Virus record (IMG/VR): IMGVR_UViG_3300005293_000039
Coordinates: 1 to 64,000 of that record
Direction: 5' to 3' (one strand)
Source of the DNA: a virus
DNA: 64,000 bases
Shown: positions 47,759 through 58,069 of the stretch, piece after piece
Layout of the letters: each line of letters begins with the position of its first letter
How positions within the stretch are numbered: the first letter of the stretch is position 1
Notes under the pieces: model-generated
What the model was told of the DNA's origin: nothing
Seen by the model: the letters and a program-made list of their open reading frames with translations, nothing else
The model's database searches: none
Translations under genes and position numbers: made by a program

Positions 47759-49402
47759 CTATTGAATCAGTTGACTGTCTCCGTTTGGTGGCGGTTGAGG
47801 CGGTGGAATGATCGGCGCTGGCGCGTCTGCTTTCTCTTCCGCTATCTTGGCACGCTCAGCGTCAGTGTCATCAATCCCGCCGCGAGACATCGCGGTTTCC
47901 TTGCTAAGCAACCCCGCTTTTACATCGTCACGGTTTGCTGATCGTTCTTCGGGGCTAACAGGGCCGTCCTCAATAACCACCTCGAAGTTACAGCGTAACC
48001 CCGCAAAGTCTTGTGCCCGACCACAGAACTGTGCGGCGATTCTTAATCCCGTGTCGAGTGTCCACCGTCCTGCATCGTCGATTGAATCCTGCGAATCCAA
48101 GAGCGATGATCGATACTCTGCGCGGGCTTGTTCCCTTGATTTACCAGAAGCCGCAGCGTCTCCCGAGATCATTACATGAGTCTGTTGGGCCTGCCCGAGA
48201 ATCGACGCGTACATTGAATCTCGAGTACCGACAAATGTATCGATCTGGACCGGATCGCGATAAGAGATGTTTGGGTCAGCTCGACCAATGATCTTTCCGT
48301 CTTTGTCCTTAATTAGAAGCCCGCTGATAAGGTTTGATACTCCTGGGCCGATCAAAAATTCGCTATCGATAGATTCTTCTCTGAATCCTGAGGCTTGGGT
48401 AGAGTCTGGAACCTTAATTTTTCGCTTCGGCGGCTCCGCGTTCATAATCACGCGCTCGAGATTGCCGGCCAGGTTAACGTTGCGCATCATCATCGTTAAC
48501 GCAAGATTCAAAGACTTTTGATTCGATCTAATCTGCGCCGTGATCAATGCTTTTCGATTGACCTCATACATCCATAATCGGCCTTGGAGATCGTAAGGAA
48601 TGGGATCGACTACCAGATCCGGACTGTCCGAAAGTACTTGCAGAATTGTTTGGCCTAAGTCATTTACATAACTGAGCTCAACACAGGTAGATTGATCTAC
48701 CTTATAGACGTAAAGACCAAACGGCTTTTCAGTATCCGAATCATTAAATACGCCGCCCTTGTCCGAACAAACCACGTCAATGTGAAGAAAGTTCAGAGCA
48801 TCTGCCAAGGATCGCTGTTGCGGGATCTGACCATCGTTTCTTAATCCACGAGGCACAAACAGACGCAACAATACCTTTTCTTCATTCAGGCACTTTGCGA
48901 GAGCTTCTTTGAGTTTCTTTCGGGGTTTGGCCTGATCCCACCAAACAGTTAACGCTTCGTCCGCTTCCTGTGCAAACTTATCAAGCTGTCCCGCGCCTTG
49001 ATTCTTTGGTAATACAAAACTGAATAATTTGGCAAGCTTTGTTCGGCGAGCTTGCGTTGACTTTGAAACCGTAGCTTGTGGTACGAACCCCCAGAGAGGT
49101 TCGCGGCCTAAGATTCCCCCAACATGACGATCCACTACTTCCGCGATCACGTTCTCAGATACAAAGGCTTCTTCAATCTGAATTAACGTTGTGCTTAAGC
49201 GATCAATCGGCTTGGCACCGATCCACCCGTTGCCCTTTTGCCAGTGATCACCCTCATAGAAGAGTGTATTAGCGATTGCTCCGTCTGGACGACGTTTAAT
49301 AGAGCGCCCATCGACAACCTTAACCTCCGTGAGCAATCCGTTAGCCAGTTCTACTGCTTTCTTTTGATCGGCTTGAATTATGTCTGAGAGAAGGATCGGC
49401 AC
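47759..49402 (-). CDS. Portal protein (SPP1 gp6-like)
   Basis: After TerL; FYEGDHW, NVIAEVVD, ASG, GLLSKETAM...ERAKIAEE. Confidence 0.85.
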   Translation of the reverse strand: MPILLSDIIQADQKKAVELANGLLTEVKVVDGRSIKRRPDGAIANTLFYEGDHWQKGNGWIGAKPIDRLSTTLIQIEEAFVSENVIAEVVDRHVGGILGREPLWGFVPQATVSKSTQARRTKLAKLFSFVLPKNQGAGQLDKFAQEADEALTVWWDQAKPRKKLKEALAKCLNEEKVLLRLFVPRGLRNDGQIPQQRSLADALNFLHIDVVCSDKGGVFNDSDTEKPFGLYVYKVDQSTCVELSYVNDLGQTILQVLSDSPDLVVDPIPYDLQGRLWMYEVNRKALITAQIRSNQKSLNLALTMMMRNVNLAGNLERVIMNAEPPKRKIKVPDSTQASGFREESIDSEFLIGPGVSNLISGLLIKDKDGKIIGRADPNISYRDPVQIDTFVGTRDSMYASILGQAQQTHVMISGDAAASGKSREQARAEYRSSLLDSQDSIDDAGRWTLDTGLRIAAQFCGRAQDFAGLRCNFEVVIEDGPVSPEERSANRDDVKAGLLSKETAMSRGGIDDTDAERAKIAEEKADAPAPIIPPPQPPPNGDSQLIQ

Positions 49403-49712
49403 GGGTGAGAGTGTGCCAAAGATGGGGAATTTATTTTGCGACTGTCAGCCTTCGAAATGAATGAGGTAGGTGGGTGTTAGAATTAACAGGATTCGAATCA
49501 CTGATGAGAGGGTAAACACCGATGGAAAATGAACTACTGACGGGCATTGAAGAGATCGATCAGCAAATCCTTGAACTACTCCCGCAAACCCAAACTATGT
49601 CGGCTGGGAGTGGGATGAATGATCGAGTAAGCCGACTCGGCAGCATGGCGGCGACACAGCGGATAGCTGGATTACGCCAAGCGGCAGAGATTTTCAAGGC
49701 GCGGGAAGAACT

Positions 49713-52514
49713 TCAATAACTCTGACTGGTATAGCTTTCCGAGTCTTCTTCTGAATAGCGATCTTTGCCGATTGGTTTTTGGTAAAACGCGAGGTTTGCT
49801 CCGTCTGCTAGGTCCGGTGAATATCCCAGCCGCTTTTTCATTTTCTCTTTTTCTTCCACGATCTTATAACCCGGCGACTTGTACTTTGGCGTGGACCACT
49901 CGCGCTCCAACTTTAAGCGAATATCCTGCCGTAGACGTGAGTAGTCTAAACGCTTTTCTTGTGCCCGTTTGCGGATATCAAACCACAATTCTGAGCGCAC
50001 GTTTTTATATTGCTCTCTGTCGTTGGCGGGTTCTGTCGAGTTGACTCCGATAGCGTTATATCCAGCGGTCTTTAGTACAAAGTACGGCCCCATACCCGGG
50101 CCTCCTGTAGTGTCGATCTTGATCGGCACCTTCTTAGCGACTTTGATTTGCTCTTCGGTGTCCGTAATTGCGGTCCACTGCCGACCTTTCCACTGCCTGA
50201 CGGCTGCGAGCGCATCTTCCATGCATGCCTGCGCCACTTCCATCCCGTCCATCTTGCGGATCTCGCGACCCGAGATCAGGCAAGGCCCACGGCGCACAAA
50301 GATCGTGGTCCTGTCGTCACCAAACCTCGCGACGTCTGAGCCTAACTCTGGCATATCACTCTCGATCGGCTCTGATCGCGGCTGAGACTTTAGCCATGAC
50401 CTCGGGATAACCTGCTGATCGGCTTGAGTGGGAAACTCACCCAGCACACGTCCTTGGAAGTAAGCAGTAGGCATGTAGAATTGAGTTTTACTCAGATCGG
50501 CCGGCCGACCCTCAAGGGCATTCTTAATCTCTGCCAGTGAGACGAACTCAAAAGCATCCTCAACTAGCTTTTCGGTCAATTCGCATTCCTTCTCGAGCAT
50601 TTCAGACAGCCAAAGAAGTCGAACCGCATCAGGGAATGGGGGCTTCTCGCATCTCAACTCCGATGCAATGTTCGGATGTTCAAGCGCAGAGATTGAAAGA
50701 GTGTTATAGAGAATTGATTCTGATGCGAGCCCGAACTCTGTTGCCTCATCAGTCGGATTGCCGATCGCGAAGACTCGGTTATCCGGGTGAGTCATCAAAC
50801 CGCCCACCGCATCCCAAATGTATTTAGGAACACCAACGCCCTCTTCGATCACGATCAGAATAGGCGCCGAGTGTTCCCCTTGAAAACCTTCGCCCCGCTC
50901 TGCGTTGAGAGCTCGAATGTAATGCTCGCCCTCTTTCAGTTTGTCGAGATCGCGGATTATCCCCGTATCAAGAATGATGCCCGGCAGTCCCTTTGCCCTT
51001 CGGAGTGTCTTTAACTGTTTGAATGTGAGACCGAGCGCCTGTGGCCAGGTAGGCGCCGTAATGTATCCGATGTGTTTATCCCAACAGTCATACCACCATG
51101 AGGTTGCGACTGCTGCGGTGAATGTGTTGTGCTCCCAGAACGTAGTTAAGAATGTATGATGCTCGGGAACTTCAACTGCTACCGTGGTCTCAATACCCGC
51201 ATACTCAATACTTTTTACCTTTTCGAGAATCGTGCCTGACGGTGCGTAGCGAGTGCGCCACACCCGTCTCGAGCGACCAGAGAGTTTCTTTTCCGCGATA
51301 AACCGGACCTTCGCTATTGCGGCGGTCTTACCGAATATGCCGACCTGATCGCAAAATCGTAGAACGCTGTCCGCTGAGTGTAGTGACACATCCCACGCGT
51401 GAACCTCTGGCCTGTATCGCAGCCTACCCGCGATCCCAAAACGCAGTAATAGTTCCTGTACATCACGTACAAGATTCTCTGATACTGAACAGAACCCTAT
51501 TTCAATAGCTCCGGTGTTGCTTGCGGACGCCCATCCGTCCGTCGCATACAAGCGCGATAGAAATAAACGAATCTTGTCGAGGCTTTGCACAAAGACTTGG
51601 GGCGGAACTCTCTTATCGCGCGAATGCTTGCCCATTAACCCGTGGCGGCGAAGCAGATCAGCGACTTCGTTTAGGCGGTGACTCGTAACACCGGATGGTG
51701 ATCTGCTTTTGGACGCACGGACACGTGTGCCAACCACGCGGTATTGATACCGATCTTCACCACATCGCTTTAGAGCTGCTCCGCGCTCAGCGCATAAAGA
51801 CTTGAACTCCGTGAGTTGTTGATTGTCTTGCTGGGTGAACGACACGCCTCTCGCTGTGTATCCACCGTCGCCAATCAGGTACGCGAGTAGTTTGAGATCT
51901 GAGTCCGACAGCGGTGTTTCTCCGCTAAGCTCAAAGCCGCTCAAGGTTGACGCCACCGCAACCACGTCGCCGGGCCTGATGTTGCTGAGCGAGGTCCATC
52001 TCAAGGGCTTGATTTCGGGATGCTTCCCGGCAACGAATGTGGCATTAGCCGACATAAACGGGTGTTCGGCATTCCGTATAACACGCCGACCAGACTCAGT
52101 TGTCAGCGCATAAACAGGCTCTATCGCATTGATTACCGCGTGGGCGTTAACCGCTTTGGGGATACCGTTAACTAGCGTGAGAAGGCGAAACCTCCGACCA
52201 ATTAAGTCGCCCGCCCGTCGCCTGGAGCCATCGGCAAGCGGAATAAACTCCGATGCCGCGACGCACTTTCCGATCGCATGGCTCGCTTGTGCGAGGGTGT
52301 AGCGATTCTCAAGAATGCTTTGCAGCATCGCATCTTGATCGGGCGTAAGAGTTACGCCGAGGATCTCTTTAGCGTAAGCCTGTGGGCGGGATTGATACTT
52401 TTCTAAGGATTCGGCGGGCCGCGCTCGTGAGGGTATACCAGCTCTAACCGCTGCCTGTTCAGCGATCGCTATAGCATGGGCTTCTTGTTCGGCTGATGAA
52501 TACTGAACACTCAC
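49713..52514 (-). CDS. terL: Terminase large subunit containing an intein
   Basis: Walker A SHAIGK/T split by the intein, IEE Walker B, IGNP, DVARFGDD and SPDLAD nuclease motifs. Confidence 0.93.
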   Translation of the reverse strand: MSVQYSSAEQEAHAIAIAEQAAVRAGIPSRARPAESLEKYQSRPQAYAKEILGVTLTPDQDAMLQSILENRYTLAQASHAIGKCVAASEFIPLADGSRRRAGDLIGRRFRLLTLVNGIPKAVNAHAVINAIEPVYALTTESGRRVIRNAEHPFMSANATFVAGKHPEIKPLRWTSLSNIRPGDVVAVASTLSGFELSGETPLSDSDLKLLAYLIGDGGYTARGVSFTQQDNQQLTEFKSLCAERGAALKRCGEDRYQYRVVGTRVRASKSRSPSGVTSHRLNEVADLLRRHGLMGKHSRDKRVPPQVFVQSLDKIRLFLSRLYATDGWASASNTGAIEIGFCSVSENLVRDVQELLLRFGIAGRLRYRPEVHAWDVSLHSADSVLRFCDQVGIFGKTAAIAKVRFIAEKKLSGRSRRVWRTRYAPSGTILEKVKSIEYAGIETTVAVEVPEHHTFLTTFWEHNTFTAAVATSWWYDCWDKHIGYITAPTWPQALGLTFKQLKTLRRAKGLPGIILDTGIIRDLDKLKEGEHYIRALNAERGEGFQGEHSAPILIVIEEGVGVPKYIWDAVGGLMTHPDNRVFAIGNPTDEATEFGLASESILYNTLSISALEHPNIASELRCEKPPFPDAVRLLWLSEMLEKECELTEKLVEDAFEFVSLAEIKNALEGRPADLSKTQFYMPTAYFQGRVLGEFPTQADQQVIPRSWLKSQPRSEPIESDMPELGSDVARFGDDRTTIFVRRGPCLISGREIRKMDGMEVAQACMEDALAAVRQWKGRQWTAITDTEEQIKVAKKVPIKIDTTGGPGMGPYFVLKTAGYNAIGVNSTEPANDREQYKNVRSELWFDIRKRAQEKRLDYSRLRQDIRLKLEREWSTPKYKSPGYKIVEEKEKMKKRLGYSPDLADGANLAFYQKPIGKDRYSEEDSESYTSQSY
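51126..52265 (-). mobile_element. Intein (380 aa) with LAGLIDADG homing endonuclease
   Basis: Starts GK|CVAASE, ends WEHN|TF; NAEHPF block B; LAYLIGDG and LSRLYATDG motifs. Confidence 0.93.
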
Positions 52515-53131
52515 ATAACCTCTGTACTGATTAACTCTTGCTCTGAGATTCCAAAACGTGAGGCTACTATCTGACGTGCTTTATCCTCGGATAATCCGGT
52601 CTCGCTTAAGATTGCGCGTAACGCTTCTCTCGCGGCCTCATTCGGATTGATACCCGGCAGCTTATTCAACCCAAACACCGCACACAGTTGTTTCGCGGCT
52701 TCTTGTGCGCTGTACATCTCAAATTCATGTGTAACTATCCGCTCGCCGTCCTTCGTGAATCGCTCTGTGGTCTTCATCTTCTTTATGAGATGAGACAGCC
52801 CACGCTCTTTGGCTTGTCGGAGGACTTCGTTATCAGGAAGGATCTCAGCGATGTCGGCGCGCATCTGACTCGCAAGCGTTCCGATCACTTCATTTGTCTG
52901 GATTTTAGAGTCTTCAATGCGCTGTTGAATTCGTTCTTGGATACCAACATTTACCAACAGACGTGGCCCTTGCTTGTTTGGCTTCCGGTAACCTGCGGCG
53001 CGTGCGGCACGGGTTGCGTTGCCGTCCTTCAGAACTTCTTCGGTGAACCTCTGCTGCTTTAGGGTAGGCTTCCGTTTGGCCTTGTCTCCCGCCTGAGGCA
53101 ACCTATCATTTTTACTAGGCTTTTTCATCAT
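52511..53131 (-). CDS. terS: Terminase small subunit
   Basis: TLKQQRFTEE...NATRAARAAGY...RLL..V.IQ. Confidence 0.9.
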   Translation of the reverse strand: MMKKPSKNDRLPQAGDKAKRKPTLKQQRFTEEVLKDGNATRAARAAGYRKPNKQGPRLLVNVGIQERIQQRIEDSKIQTNEVIGTLASQMRADIAEILPDNEVLRQAKERGLSHLIKKMKTTERFTKDGERIVTHEFEMYSAQEAAKQLCAVFGLNKLPGINPNEAAREALRAILSETGLSEDKARQIVASRFGISEQELISTEVM

Positions 53132-53320
53132 TCGGCCACGTGCTAACGGTTAGCTATAATCCCCTGCGCCCTCAATTCCGCTCCCATGTGCTTGACCCGC
53201 TGATAGCGAGCATATTTTCGTTGTGTCTTCCACGCGAAGTTACAAAACTTTTCAATTTCATCTATCGCAGCGGCTTGGCGTGATTGAGTCTTCATTTGTA
53301 CCTCATTTTTATTGCCTGTC

Positions 53321-53473
53321 TCACCATATATGCCCGCGCAACATCACAATCAAAGTCAACGCTACCAACACCACAAAGATGATCAGCTTCTGAGTCTCCG
53401 TCACCTTGGGAGCAAAGTTGATCAAGATCGCTAAGAGGATCAGAACTAAGACGATAATTATAATAGATTCCAT
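53321..53473 (-). CDS. 50-aa two-TM membrane protein (not in ORF track)
   Basis: MESIIIIVLVLILLAILINFAPKVTETQKLIIFVVLVALTLIVMLRGHIW. Confidence 0.6.
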   Translation of the reverse strand: MESIIIIVLVLILLAILINFAPKVTETQKLIIFVVLVALTLIVMLRGHIW

Positions 53474-53525
53474 TTTATGTCCCTCTCAATAGTAGTCTAA
53501 TCTCCTGCTAAACAATCAGAGGATC

Positions 53526-54950
53526 TTAGTTTCCTTCATAAAGAATCAATGCTTGACTGAGTTTCTCTCCAGCGGTGTCGCTGGTTTGATGCGCCGAAAC
53601 AATATCCTCATCCCAAACTGCATCCGCTATTGCGCCGATACTGGGAATGTCTCCTGTGGCTGAAGGACTCGCCGGTAGATTATCGGTCTTTGCTTTAATA
53701 GCTCCCGTATCTGACTTCACCGAGGCGATGTCCGCACTTACTGATGCCCCTGCGGGCGCGCCAAGCCTGGCGTAGGCATCTCCAGTCATTGCTGGAGCAC
53801 TCGCACCTTTCCAATCAATTACGTTCGAGTCAATCTGATTTGCAACGGTAAACGCCAGTTGGTCGGTCTTTGTCTTTATTGCGCCCGTATCGCTCTTTGC
53901 GGCGGCTATGTCAGTGCTAATCGAAGCCCCAACCGGAGCGCCAATACGTGTGAAGATGTCACCCGTCAGGTTGTCGATGATTCTTTTTGCGATCGAGCCG
54001 GCCGTGGTCATCCCCGAAGTTAAAGCATTCCATACATCCGCTACCGTGTGACTGCTCCGGGTTGATACCGCCGCGTCGAGATTGTCAAGTTTTGCGGCGC
54101 GCGCATCGGTCCATACATCATCAATTAATAAACCGCCTGCTGCACCCGGCACAGCATCAGGTAGAGAATTTACCGTGCCGGTTGGGCTGGCAACGTTGAA
54201 GAACTTCTTCACCCCAGCCGCGATCTGGCCTGCCGTCTCCGTTAATGCTGTACCAAGAATTTGCGCAAGGTTGGCTTTCACTACTCCTGAAGTGAAATCA
54301 AGCTGGCCGGTACCAGTACCGGAAGACAAGAGTACGCTTGCGCCAATATCTCGAGCTGTGACTGTGGTGCCGCCAAACTTTGTGGTGTTGACAGCCTGAT
54401 CTGCGGCGAGTAGCACACTTAATCCGATGTCTCTTCCGGTCTGAGTTGTACCACCGAGTTTCACGGCATTTGCATCTATCTGCCCATTGGCAGGTTGATT
54501 GATCTGTCCTGCACCTGTACCTCGGGTGTAAAGGCCGCCCGCTGCTTCCGCTGCTGCATTAGGTAACGCTGTGAGTCCCGCTCGAACACCATCGTTCTGA
54601 TCAACGTTAGTAAGCTGGATCTCAATATTGATTGGCACAAGGTTAGTGCCTTTCAGCATCATTACGGCATCGTTAGCCCCACTTGCTAAAACTGCGTCAG
54701 GTACTCCGATCTCATACCATCCGGGCATGTTTGTGGCGTCCATTTCTTTTATCCCACCACTGCTCCATGTTCCTAGCGTACCCGAGCCTGTCGTGACAGA
54801 GGTCGCTGATGATGCTCCGTCTCGCCAGTAGTACCAGGTAAACGATGAGTTTGTTAACCCAGTCTTTCCGGCCCCTGTAGTTAGGGTTGCATCCTGCACA
54901 AAGATGTGCAGCTTTTTTGATGTCGTGCCTTTGAGAATTAAGAGTTTCAA
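53526..54950 (-). CDS. Repeat-rich virion-type protein
   Basis: MPGWY motif; internal repeats GRDIG.SVLL, RxGAPxGAS.S.DIA..KSDTGAIK.KTD, VW. Confidence 0.6.
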   Translation of the reverse strand: MKLLILKGTTSKKLHIFVQDATLTTGAGKTGLTNSSFTWYYWRDGASSATSVTTGSGTLGTWSSGGIKEMDATNMPGWYEIGVPDAVLASGANDAVMMLKGTNLVPINIEIQLTNVDQNDGVRAGLTALPNAAAEAAGGLYTRGTGAGQINQPANGQIDANAVKLGGTTQTGRDIGLSVLLAADQAVNTTKFGGTTVTARDIGASVLLSSGTGTGQLDFTSGVVKANLAQILGTALTETAGQIAAGVKKFFNVASPTGTVNSLPDAVPGAAGGLLIDDVWTDARAAKLDNLDAAVSTRSSHTVADVWNALTSGMTTAGSIAKRIIDNLTGDIFTRIGAPVGASISTDIAAAKSDTGAIKTKTDQLAFTVANQIDSNVIDWKGASAPAMTGDAYARLGAPAGASVSADIASVKSDTGAIKAKTDNLPASPSATGDIPSIGAIADAVWDEDIVSAHQTSDTAGEKLSQALILYEGN

Positions 54951-56770
54951 CTAAATATGCCGCCTGTTAAAGGTCTGCCTATACCATTAAGATAAGATTG
55001 AATTTCGTTGCCGCCGCTTGGCGTCGTCCCCGGTATGTAAGCAATCTGAATCCCGCACTCATAAACAAATGTGTCCATCGACGTGCCGCTAGACTTCATT
55101 CCGATTGTATTTCCGTTTGAGGGATAAGTACCTGAGGTAGTGACGTTACTGTAAAAAGTCGCCGTGTTTGTTAGGGTGATCGCGACGTCAGTTCCGTTAT
55201 CGACTAACTGCGGTGTACCGGCTGAGATAGGCGTGATCTTGAATGACGCTGTGCCGACAACTCCTGCGACACTTGTTCCGGTCATCTGCGGCTGAATAGA
55301 AGTTGTGACCGTGACCTTGCGATAGGTGAGGCCAACTGAAATGTTTGCGCCCGCACCACCTGAGCCGGAACTGTGCGCTTCGATGATCCCTGTCTCCAAT
55401 GCGCCCGCTGAGAGGGCAGCGTTCGACGCGCGTGAGCAGAAGCCGAGGACAATTTCGTCTGTCTGAGCGAGCGTTCCCGATAGCGGACAGTCATAAGGTG
55501 AGGTTGAGTCATTCGCGTTAGTAACGTTCGCATCCAGGGGAGATGCGCCGAAGATTGACGAATCCCAGACTCCCAAAGCACCCGCACGAGCATTAGCAGA
55601 CGATCCAAATGTCACCGTGACAGTCATTGACCCGCCATTGGTAACAATGCAATACCACTTCGAAAGACGCGCCGTGTTGGTTGTGGGGCCACTAAGCGCG
55701 GTCCATGTGTTGCCGCCTATGTCGTCGCCAATAGTTGGAGCTGTACCAGCAACCTGATCGCCAAAACAAACAACGATTATGTCTCCCGCCGCAACAGTCA
55801 CGGGGCCAAGCGCGAGAGTTGTGCCCGTGGCTTTCGCATTGTTGATAGCGGTCGTCTTTGGAATGCCCGTGGTGACATCCTGCCCCTTCGCATAAATCCA
55901 CGCCTTATGTCCGAGGATGGTTGCGCCGCCGCCGCCGCCGGTAATGTCAACATCGCCCTGAGAAGCCGATTGAATCCCGTAGGCTTCGATCACCTGTGAA
56001 GATCCGGCTTGTTTCCATCCCTTTCCAATGGCTACGGGAACTTCGTTGACCGCGTCCCAGCGATTTGTGACTGATCCAACCGCAGTATCGAAGGCGTTGT
56101 TGGTTCCATTTGCATTTGGAGCTTTACGAGTGACACGAAGATCAGAACCGGCACCAGGATCGTCTAAGGTCGTACCGTCATCAATGTAGAAATCATCAAG
56201 GAAGTTAGTCTGCCCCGAATTCGCGGCAGCTGAAATTTGGAATTGACCTGCGTCAGTACCCACACGCGGAAGACTGAAATCAGCATTCGTTACTGTTAGA
56301 ACAAGCGTGCCATTGACAAACACCCTGATGGTGTAGTTGGTCGTGCTAGTTATTACGTAGGCGAGCGATACGCGGCAGTAAGAACCAATGGAAACCACGC
56401 TAGCACTACTGCTTTTCTGTGTAGTTCCATTAAAGATCGTCAAAGCCCCGGTCGACTCAAGGCCTAGTCTAAAGCACAGTAAGTTACCCGTACCGTTAAC
56501 GTTGAATAAGATTCTGGCGTTTGCCCCAGTGACCGCATTCGCGATGTAATATCCAGCCGAAATTCTGCGCCCAGCATCCGCTAAGAGACTGTCCAGGCGA
56601 ACGAAATTCAAGGGCCCGGCGGTGGTGTCTCCAGAATTACCAATTTCAATAGAGTAAGGACCGCTACGGGGCTGAGAAGTAGAAGCACTAACAGTACCAA
56701 ATGCGGATGACCATTCAGTCAGATCACCTGTCGAGTCTCCGCAGTCCGTGGCAAAAATCAGATTCGCCAT
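54947..56770 (-). CDS. Beta-rich virion/adhesin-type protein
   Basis: Lectin-like N-terminal domain, Thr/Gly/Ser rich. Confidence 0.55.
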   Translation of the reverse strand: MANLIFATDCGDSTGDLTEWSSAFGTVSASTSQPRSGPYSIEIGNSGDTTAGPLNFVRLDSLLADAGRRISAGYYIANAVTGANARILFNVNGTGNLLCFRLGLESTGALTIFNGTTQKSSSASVVSIGSYCRVSLAYVITSTTNYTIRVFVNGTLVLTVTNADFSLPRVGTDAGQFQISAAANSGQTNFLDDFYIDDGTTLDDPGAGSDLRVTRKAPNANGTNNAFDTAVGSVTNRWDAVNEVPVAIGKGWKQAGSSQVIEAYGIQSASQGDVDITGGGGGATILGHKAWIYAKGQDVTTGIPKTTAINNAKATGTTLALGPVTVAAGDIIVVCFGDQVAGTAPTIGDDIGGNTWTALSGPTTNTARLSKWYCIVTNGGSMTVTVTFGSSANARAGALGVWDSSIFGASPLDANVTNANDSTSPYDCPLSGTLAQTDEIVLGFCSRASNAALSAGALETGIIEAHSSGSGGAGANISVGLTYRKVTVTTSIQPQMTGTSVAGVVGTASFKITPISAGTPQLVDNGTDVAITLTNTATFYSNVTTSGTYPSNGNTIGMKSSGTSMDTFVYECGIQIAYIPGTTPSGGNEIQSYLNGIGRPLTGGIFS

Positions 56771-57040
56771 TTACCAGTGCGTCTCCATGCTGCTAAAAGT
56801 AAAGCTCTGATCATTGAAGTCCATGACGATCTGCGCGGCCGATAATGCCCCACCTGACTGTGCGGCCAGCTGTTGGCTGCCCCATGTGATGACAAGAGCC
56901 TTACGCTGTGCGGCCGTACCGGAAGTCGTTTGATAGAACGCCTGTAACTGCGCCTTGGTGAGTGTGCAGACATTTCCATTCCCGGCACATACTATTGTGA
57001 TCACGTTATCTTGTACTGTTTGTGATCTAACATTGGGCAC
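56771..57040 (-). CDS. Hypothetical protein
   Basis: Operon-consistent. Confidence 0.5.
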   Translation of the reverse strand: MPNVRSQTVQDNVITIVCAGNGNVCTLTKAQLQAFYQTTSGTAAQRKALVITWGSQQLAAQSGGALSAAQIVMDFNDQSFTFSSMETHW

Positions 57041-57563
57041 GATAGGACTCTCCCGCCACGATCAGTTGTTTAATTCCTGTTCGCTGCCACTTCATTAATC
57101 GATCACGTTTTACTCCCTTATTCCGGGCTAACTGGACCAAGGATTCACCGCCGAGAAAAGCACTAATTACCTCGCGATGTCTTGGTTTCAGGCAGTCAAT
57201 AAATCGAGTTAATAGTTGGCGCCGTTCGCGGTCGTAATACACGTTTTCTTGCACCGGATCAATCGAGTGGTCTGCCAGCGGTGTGAACTCAATCAGCGCA
57301 GAGTCGTGATGACCATCAATGCGCGTAAACGATCTGATCATGTCGCCGCGCACAAACTTATAGGCATAAGTTTTGAATTGACAACCATTCCGAGCCTCAT
57401 AGCGATCTGCTGCCTTTACTAACGCCAGGTTTCCGGCGCTGATTAATTCATCCCAATCAGCGGAATATAAGAGTGATTCCTTCAGCCCAGCAGCAACAGA
57501 TCGCACCACCCAAAGATGCGACAGGATCAGGTGATCGCGATCTTCTTCCGCTACATGACTCAC
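57027..57563 (-). CDS. RNA polymerase sigma-70 family factor (regions 2 and 4)
   Basis: HLWVVRSVA, ELISAGNLALVKAADRYE, FKTYAYKFVRGDM, LKPRHREVI...SLVQLA HTH. Confidence 0.85.
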   Translation of the reverse strand: MSHVAEEDRDHLILSHLWVVRSVAAGLKESLLYSADWDELISAGNLALVKAADRYEARNGCQFKTYAYKFVRGDMIRSFTRIDGHHDSALIEFTPLADHSIDPVQENVYYDRERRQLLTRFIDCLKPRHREVISAFLGGESLVQLARNKGVKRDRLMKWQRTGIKQLIVAGESYRAQC

Positions 57564-58069
57564 CGCTTGAATACGACACCTTTCTTGAAATCAAAACTGG
57601 TAGCGCTAAATGCCTTACCAACTCGCTGCACAAGATCACCGGAGCCTGTCGGTGGAGTTGCTGTGATACCACCCGGTACTGAAGCTGAAAGATATTGCTC
57701 GACTCCACCTGTCATTCCTGAGACTTGATCATTTACTCCCTGACTGTAGACTGTTGCCGGATCTCCTGAGGCAACATCGTCAAGGACAAACCCATCTGCT
57801 TGCTTACTCGCACTCCCGTTTGCTAATCGTGCTTTTGGAGTGCCTGAATCGTTCCAGATATTGATTAAGTCTCCTGCTGCTAAGTCTTCTGAGGCGGTGA
57901 AGTCTGTTCCGACATGGGAGATATCATCAAGAAGCGCGAACGTTCCCGGCTTGTCGGGTAGATCGTAGACACGCTCAGATGTGAGTGCGGTCGAATCGAC
58001 TACGGCTCTGTTGAAACCGATTCTGAAAGTCTCGCCGACCGTCCCTAATAACTGAAGCCAGAGTCCCAT
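57560..58069 (-). CDS. Virion accessory (capsid fibre/cement-like) protein
   Basis: ASEDLAAGDLINI...ADGFV...YLS...G..T.TPP...QRVG.A. Confidence 0.6.
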   Translation of the reverse strand: MGLWLQLLGTVGETFRIGFNRAVVDSTALTSERVYDLPDKPGTFALLDDISHVGTDFTASEDLAAGDLINIWNDSGTPKARLANGSASKQADGFVLDDVASGDPATVYSQGVNDQVSGMTGGVEQYLSASVPGGITATPPTGSGDLVQRVGKAFSATSFDFKKGVVFKR

